A stretch of DNA of 64,000 nt from Macrostomum hystrix (lineage: Eukaryota > Animalia > Platyhelminthes): contig CATNEN010000038.1 of assembly GCA_950097015.1 (NCBI GenBank), positions 5,828,001 to 5,892,000 on the forward strand. The letters are read 5' to 3'. Position numbers and translations under genes: made by a program. Under the pieces are notes generated by a model, which had not been told where the DNA came from, ran no database searches, and saw only the letters and a program-made list of their open reading frames with translations. Every line of letters begins with the position of its first letter. The first letter of the stretch is position 1. Below, piece by piece: positions 58,711 through 64,000 of the stretch.

Positions 58711-60107
58711 TCAAGGGCTCTTATAGCAAGGTCGAACAACTCTCTGCCTCAAGGCTAGCTGCTGCTGCCCAGTGGAGTTGCTCCAGCCGAAATAGCCATC
58801 ATTATTTTCGTCATCGCAGCAGCAGCAGCGCTGGCAGCGGCACCGGCATCGACAGCGGCCCGCGGTGCAGATGGCGTTCGCTTGTCGGCGCACAGTGGCG
58901 TGCGAGGCATACATCAGGCCTGGATTGACCACGCAATTTGATAGGGCCAGCCAGTGGCAGAAGAGCTCCGTGCGCACCCAGCTGGAGTCGCCGGCTAACA
59001 GAAACAGGTGCAGCGGCAGCCACAGGGCTACGAAGGCTGCCACCAGCAGCGCGGAGTAGAGGAACACTCGGCGGCGATAAGCTAGCTGGCCGTGCACCCG
59101 CTGGCGGCTGGTCTCCACAGCAAACTGCATTCGATTGGCGGCCAAGATGACGCCGCAGACGCGAAAGTAGGCGCCGACAATGGCGCAGCACGGCACTAGA
59201 TACAGCAGGGCCAGCAGGGTGACAGTGTAGGCCGTCTCCACGCGGCTGCCGAGAAGCTCTTTGGCGAGGGTCCAATTCTCGCAGCAGATTTCTGGGCTAC
59301 TATTTGACTCGCTGCTTGAACGAGACTAAAAAAAATTATAAGGTTAGTTAGCTAGACTCATAACTAGCAACTGTTTTTAAGCACTGCTCGCGGTTATACT
59401 CACTCTGGCGCTGGGCCTGGTGACCTGGCTGACTAGGCAGCTGGGCACGCCCAGCAGCAGAGAGGCCACCCACACGCCGGTCAGGATGAACGCGTCCAGC
59501 CGGGTGGTGGATGGCCGCCGGTGACGGTCGGCCCATCGGGCCACTCGAACCGCGGACGCCCGATGGAGACAGACTCCCGTCAGGGTGAACACCGAGGCTG
59601 CGATGAGCGCCACGGAGCCGAGGTTGCGTAATCGGCAGCCCGCGAGGCCTAGCTTCCAGGAGAAGCCCAGCAGCGTGGCGCAGGTGGCGGGAACAACTAG
59701 CAGCCCTGTAAGAAGGTCGCACGCGATCAGGTTGCTAAGCAATAGCCGATGTGGCAGGTCCCGTAGGCGGGCCAGCGCGGCAAGTAAGCCACCGTTCAAG
59801 GCGACGGCACCCGCGAAGATCATGGCGAAAAGGGCCAGCATCACGGCTAGGAAAGCGCCGCTGGAGCCGCCACGACTGTTTGGGTAGCTCGTCTCGTTCC
59901 TGATTTCCTCGCTCAAAATGAGATCCGGGTCGTCGAGGAGCTCCTGCAGGAGGCTAGAGGTCAGGTTGCTGGTCTCGACCCGCGCTAGCAGCCAAGTGGT
60001 GGCGTTGCGGCCGTAGCGGGACACCAGCCGTCGCAGCAGAAGCTTCAGCGAGTCTAAGCCTGTGGGTTGAATAGTCAAGTTGTCACGTGAATTAATGGCC
60101 ACTCGGT
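58711..60107 (-). CDS. Class A (rhodopsin-like) GPCR, peptide-receptor-like; start unresolved
   Basis: Exons about 60107-59404 and 59325-58711 (phase 0). Seven hydrophobic segments; LLSNLIACDL (TM2), WKLGLAGC, W in TM4, ECL2 Cys (CCENW), YLVP (TM5), FVALWLP (TM6), SNCVVNPGLMY (TM7), Cys-rich tail. Confidence 0.88.
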
Positions 60108-61390
60108 CTCAAATAATTTCTAGGATTGGATTAGAAATATTCGATCAGAAAATTTAAATTATCTGCTCCCAAAAAATATTTGCTTTGGAGAATACTTATA
60201 GAATGCCGGCTTGCCAGTCATCAACAGCATTTTTTTGCGCAAAAGTTCACGTCTACATGAAAGATGCAGTTTTCAATGTGGGTCTTCAGCGCACATACAC
60301 TTCAGTTCTCGATCTGCAGCTTCTTCCGGGAGAGATTTACATTTCGTCTGCGGCAGCAGTGCAGCTTCCGTTCCCCGCTCTCGGTCGGAAAGGATTAGGG
60401 AGATCACCTTTCCAAGATCAGTTTTAGGTTTCAGACGACATTGAAATAATGTTTGGCGAAAAATCGTTGAGAAATTCTGCGTGACTCATGCGTGCTATTG
60501 TGGCGGTCTCTGTGAGTATCTTGTGAGTTTGCAGTATCTTGCGAATCTCCGAATTCTAATGAGCTCACATGACCTGATCGATGGCTGCCTCAAATCAAGC
60601 AGCCGATCGACTCGACCTACCGTTCAGCAGCTAGCAGATTTTCTGGCCTGACAACACGGCTTAATTTCGAAATTTTATCGAATTTCAAGCCTTTTGATGA
60701 GAAAACGATTGCTAATATATTTGCTTCCATTGAGCCGAATTCAAAAGAATAAAACGGATGATAAATTCGTCTAAAGCTTTTCGATTGTCTAAAAAGGCTT
60801 TAATAAAATTTTGGGGGGGTTTAATCGGAATCCTTCGATTAACAACGACTGTACTTGTGTCCGGGCGGATGCTTTGTCCGTGAAACTGTTATTAAAAAAC
60901 ACATTTTAAATTAATTAAAATCAATGCTTTAATATAAAAAAACTACTTTGTTAGTATCCTTTGTCAGAGCTGAAAGTAATTTACTCGAAACTGATTGTCT
61001 GAGTACGTACAAAGGTGATCCCTCATGAAGTATTTCTGCTTGCAATGCTCTTGGGTGTCGTCAGTTTTGCGGAGCTGCGAAAGTACTGAAGCTTTACATC
61101 ATTGTTTTACAAGTTACGTGTCATTTTGAGAACAGAAACAGTTTAAAGTACTCAAGTCTTAAAAGTCGCATAAAAAATATTTTTGTAAAATATAAACCGT
61201 CTGTTTCACAGTCTTAAGAGGCCGACATCCTGGTGACAAGGACAACTAACATTGCTCTGCATAAAACTCTACAGCGCATATTGCTTCAAAAAGAAAAAAA
61301 ACAATAGGATCAGTCCAAAAAGTAAACAATGCTAGCCGATATGGTTATGTGATGAAATTTTGTGAGCTGAATAATTATGCCTATATTTGT

Positions 61391-61629
61391 GATTTTTGCC
61401 ACCAGACACCCCGACGAGAATCGTTGAATATTCCTCCATGATGATTTTGTGTTCAAAACCATGATGGAAGTTTTCTTATCTGATAGAGCGGAAAAATTTT
61501 CTACATTTTCATGGTGATTGGTTGAATATTTGGAGAGATAAAGAAAAATGAAAAAATGTTAAACTGTTTTAAACCTTCGACAGGGCTCTGGCGACAGATG
61601 AAAAATAGTTGTCTAGAGTGACAAAAATC
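61391..61629. mobile_element. MITE-like repeat M2 (uninterrupted relative of about 16565-16714)
   Basis: Shares TTTTTGCCACCAGACACCC..ACGAGAATC..GATAGAGCGGAAAA..GATTGGTT with 16568-16714; imperfect inverted ends GATTTTTGCCAC and GTGACAAAAATC. Confidence 0.65.
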
Positions 61630-62636
61630 GCTAATGTTTTTCACCGAGATCTACGGACTCATTGCTAAGCACCGATACTCTTATCCTGCATGACTTTAGG
61701 TCGGTAAGGGTGAGACACGTCTGGACAAGTTCAGAAAGTCCCTAACGTCATCGCTAAATCCTGAGCTTTCACTTCCTGAGCCACTTTCTCAAGGATTACA
61801 AGTGTCAAGAAAGTCCCCCCCCGCAAAAAGGCGGCCAATCCGCGAACTGAACACAAAAGAAAGAATGTAGCTGTTTTGAAGTCCGGAAAATCTAAAATGC
61901 ACCATGACTGCGCTGCGACAAATGATGCGCAAAAGGAAATAAATTTGTTCAAGAACGTTACTTGGTGCTAAAGCTCTCACTTGATGTCAATGCATAATTT
62001 ACATCGCCACCAGTACATTCCTGCAACCAATACAACTAGCAACACATTCACGCATTCTGACAATCTGGAGCATTAATTCCCATCCAAGAGTGCTGCACTG
62101 TTTCTGAACTGGTTCGCTTTTATGCGTTGTCCAGCTGATGAAACCAAAGTGGTTTGAATTGAAAGTATTTTTGTTTCAAGTACTCACCCATTAGCAACTG
62201 CGGCTGTCCTGCTGGATTTCCAGAAGGTTGAGATTCGTCTCCGTCTGAAAATACTCCGTCAAGCGAGTCCTTCGCAGCAGAGATTATGACGCGGAAGGGC
62301 TGCTTCAAAGTGCTTTTGTATTCTGCCCGGCCTTCCATAGACACTACGCAGGGTAGGCAGGTGATTCGCTAATAGTTTTCCAGCCAATACCGGGGCTTCT
62401 GTGAGCATTGCTCTCTCAAATACGCTGAGCATATTGCAGCTAACCAATGAGAGAGTGGGAAACCTGGCCTGTGCCGGTAGGCCCGGTACTGGCTAGCAGC
62501 CAGCTAACAGGAAAGTGGCATTTTTAGCTCATTATTCTCCTGGTTTGGGTATTTCATATAACAGCATTATCTATTATGAACTCACAAACGAACCTCGGTG
62601 CGCGAGGAGGCACGAGGAGGCGCGAGGAGGCGAGGA

Positions 62637-62745
62637 GGCCAGCGAGGAGGCAATTATTCCGCTAAATCCTGAGTACACGCACACACATACTGTACGCAGG
62701 CATACGCTCACACAGGTGTGTACATTCTGCCCTGACTTTCTCATC
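62637..62745 (-). mobile_element. SINE family A fragment
   Basis: GCCAGCGAGGAGGCAAT...CCTGAGTACACGCACAC...CTGCCCTGACTTTCTCATC. Confidence 0.75.
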
Positions 62746-64000
62746 TAGTAGGCAACTAATTTCAGGGTCTTATTGGGCTCAAAAATTATTTAATAGGTTT
62801 TTTATTGTTTTAAATGACTTATGTGTTTTATCTATAAAAACTGATCTTTCTTTTGATGGAATCAGGACATTGCTTAGCTGCAATATTCAATAAAATAGAA
62901 GCAAATAATGTCTATTTTTGGAGACAGCCGCAATGCTTTTTGTTTGGCTAGTTCTCTGTTTGATTAAATCAGCCTGTACTGACCGTTGTTTGCCAAGTCT
63001 TTAAGTGCATTGCTACGCATAGATAAAGTGCAGGAAGCAGGGCTTCACTTCATCTTATAGAGCACTATATGCTCAATTTCGGAAACGGATATTGGCACTA
63101 ACATTGGTACAACATAGACCTTGCCCGCTATAGCAGGAAATAGTGCTCCGGAGGCTGAGCTAACTGTTCCAGGAAGCTAAGATCGGTTTCAACCGGCGTT
63201 CAAAATGTTTTCAATAAATTTACTTGCCCGCAACTAAAACAGCCGACTTTCCTACGCAAGCAGTCCATGACTGAGTAAAAGCTGCAGGAAGGCCCAGAAG
63301 TCAAGTCGTGAAACAACTCGCAAATCTGTTTTTGAGTATTTTTGCAAGGTCTTCTATTATCCAACATGTGTCGGTCAGGACAGCCTCTCTGATTAATCCG
63401 ATGCGTGCTGTTATAATGAAAAGTAGCGAAAAGGTGAGGAATGAGTTTTTAAATGTATACGGTTCTCGAGATGAATAACAAAACGTCAGACACATTCGCT
63501 TTTCACAACAGCATTTTGACATGTCTTTAATAAAAAAATTAAGAAAACATGCGCATGCAAGAAGAAAAATTAAACTGTTAATCCCATAATTTTATCAGTC
63601 CTCGTCAGTCCATTTTTAAGCAGGTCTAATCCATGGTTTATAGGCAGGGAGAAAGTTATTGACGACTTGCAATCTTTTTCGCCTCTGTTTAACTGCTACT
63701 TCAAAGAAGTGTGCGATAATTGCTTGTCATTGCGTTTGAAATAAATATAGTAGTGGCCCTAAGCACAATGAGACCAAACCGAAATTAGGTTATTTTTCGC
63801 GCTGTGGATATGTAAAAGTACATAAAAACATTGATGCGTTCAAAACAAAGCAGTCTCACAGAAAGCAAAAATTATGTTCAGGCGCAGTTATCTATGATAC
63901 TTGTATTGTTTTGAGCTCACTTGACAATTGCGTGATGGCTCAGGCCTGCAAGTCAGACTAATTTCAAAATACATGCGCTAGTCCACGTAAGCGATGCCCG

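Overview
This is eukaryotic (metazoan) genomic DNA, not prokaryotic: GC-rich exons with GT-AG introns sit in AT-rich, repeat-dense intergenic DNA. The style (minisatellite-filled introns, CTLD+PAN lectin, many mariners) suggests a free-living flatworm such as Macrostomum; that is inference only. By hand-splicing I can build eight genes: a C2CD2/TMEM24-like TM-SMP-C2 protein (-), an HSD17B12/KAR-like SDR (+), a secreted C-type lectin+PAN protein (+), WTAP/fl(2)d (-), MRPL41 (+), a 12-exon CHD1 of about 1800 aa (-), a PAF-acetylhydrolase (+) and a class A GPCR (-). Mobile DNA comprises three DD34D mariners (one with an intact ORF), a decayed IS630/Tc1-like element with short DD30E spacing, several MITEs, two SINE families and two LINE remnants. 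There are about ten minisatellite or microsatellite arrays and no CRISPR, rRNA or true tRNA genes. The most notable observations are: CHD1 intron minisatellites built from splice-site-like units, a 36-bp templated insertion copied from a neighbouring mariner, an inverted MITE pair bracketing the WTAP/MRPL41 divergent region, a GPCR ectodomain with no in-frame ATG, and an apparently intact mariner. I found no self-evident novel multi-gene system. All family assignments come from recalled motifs, not database searches.
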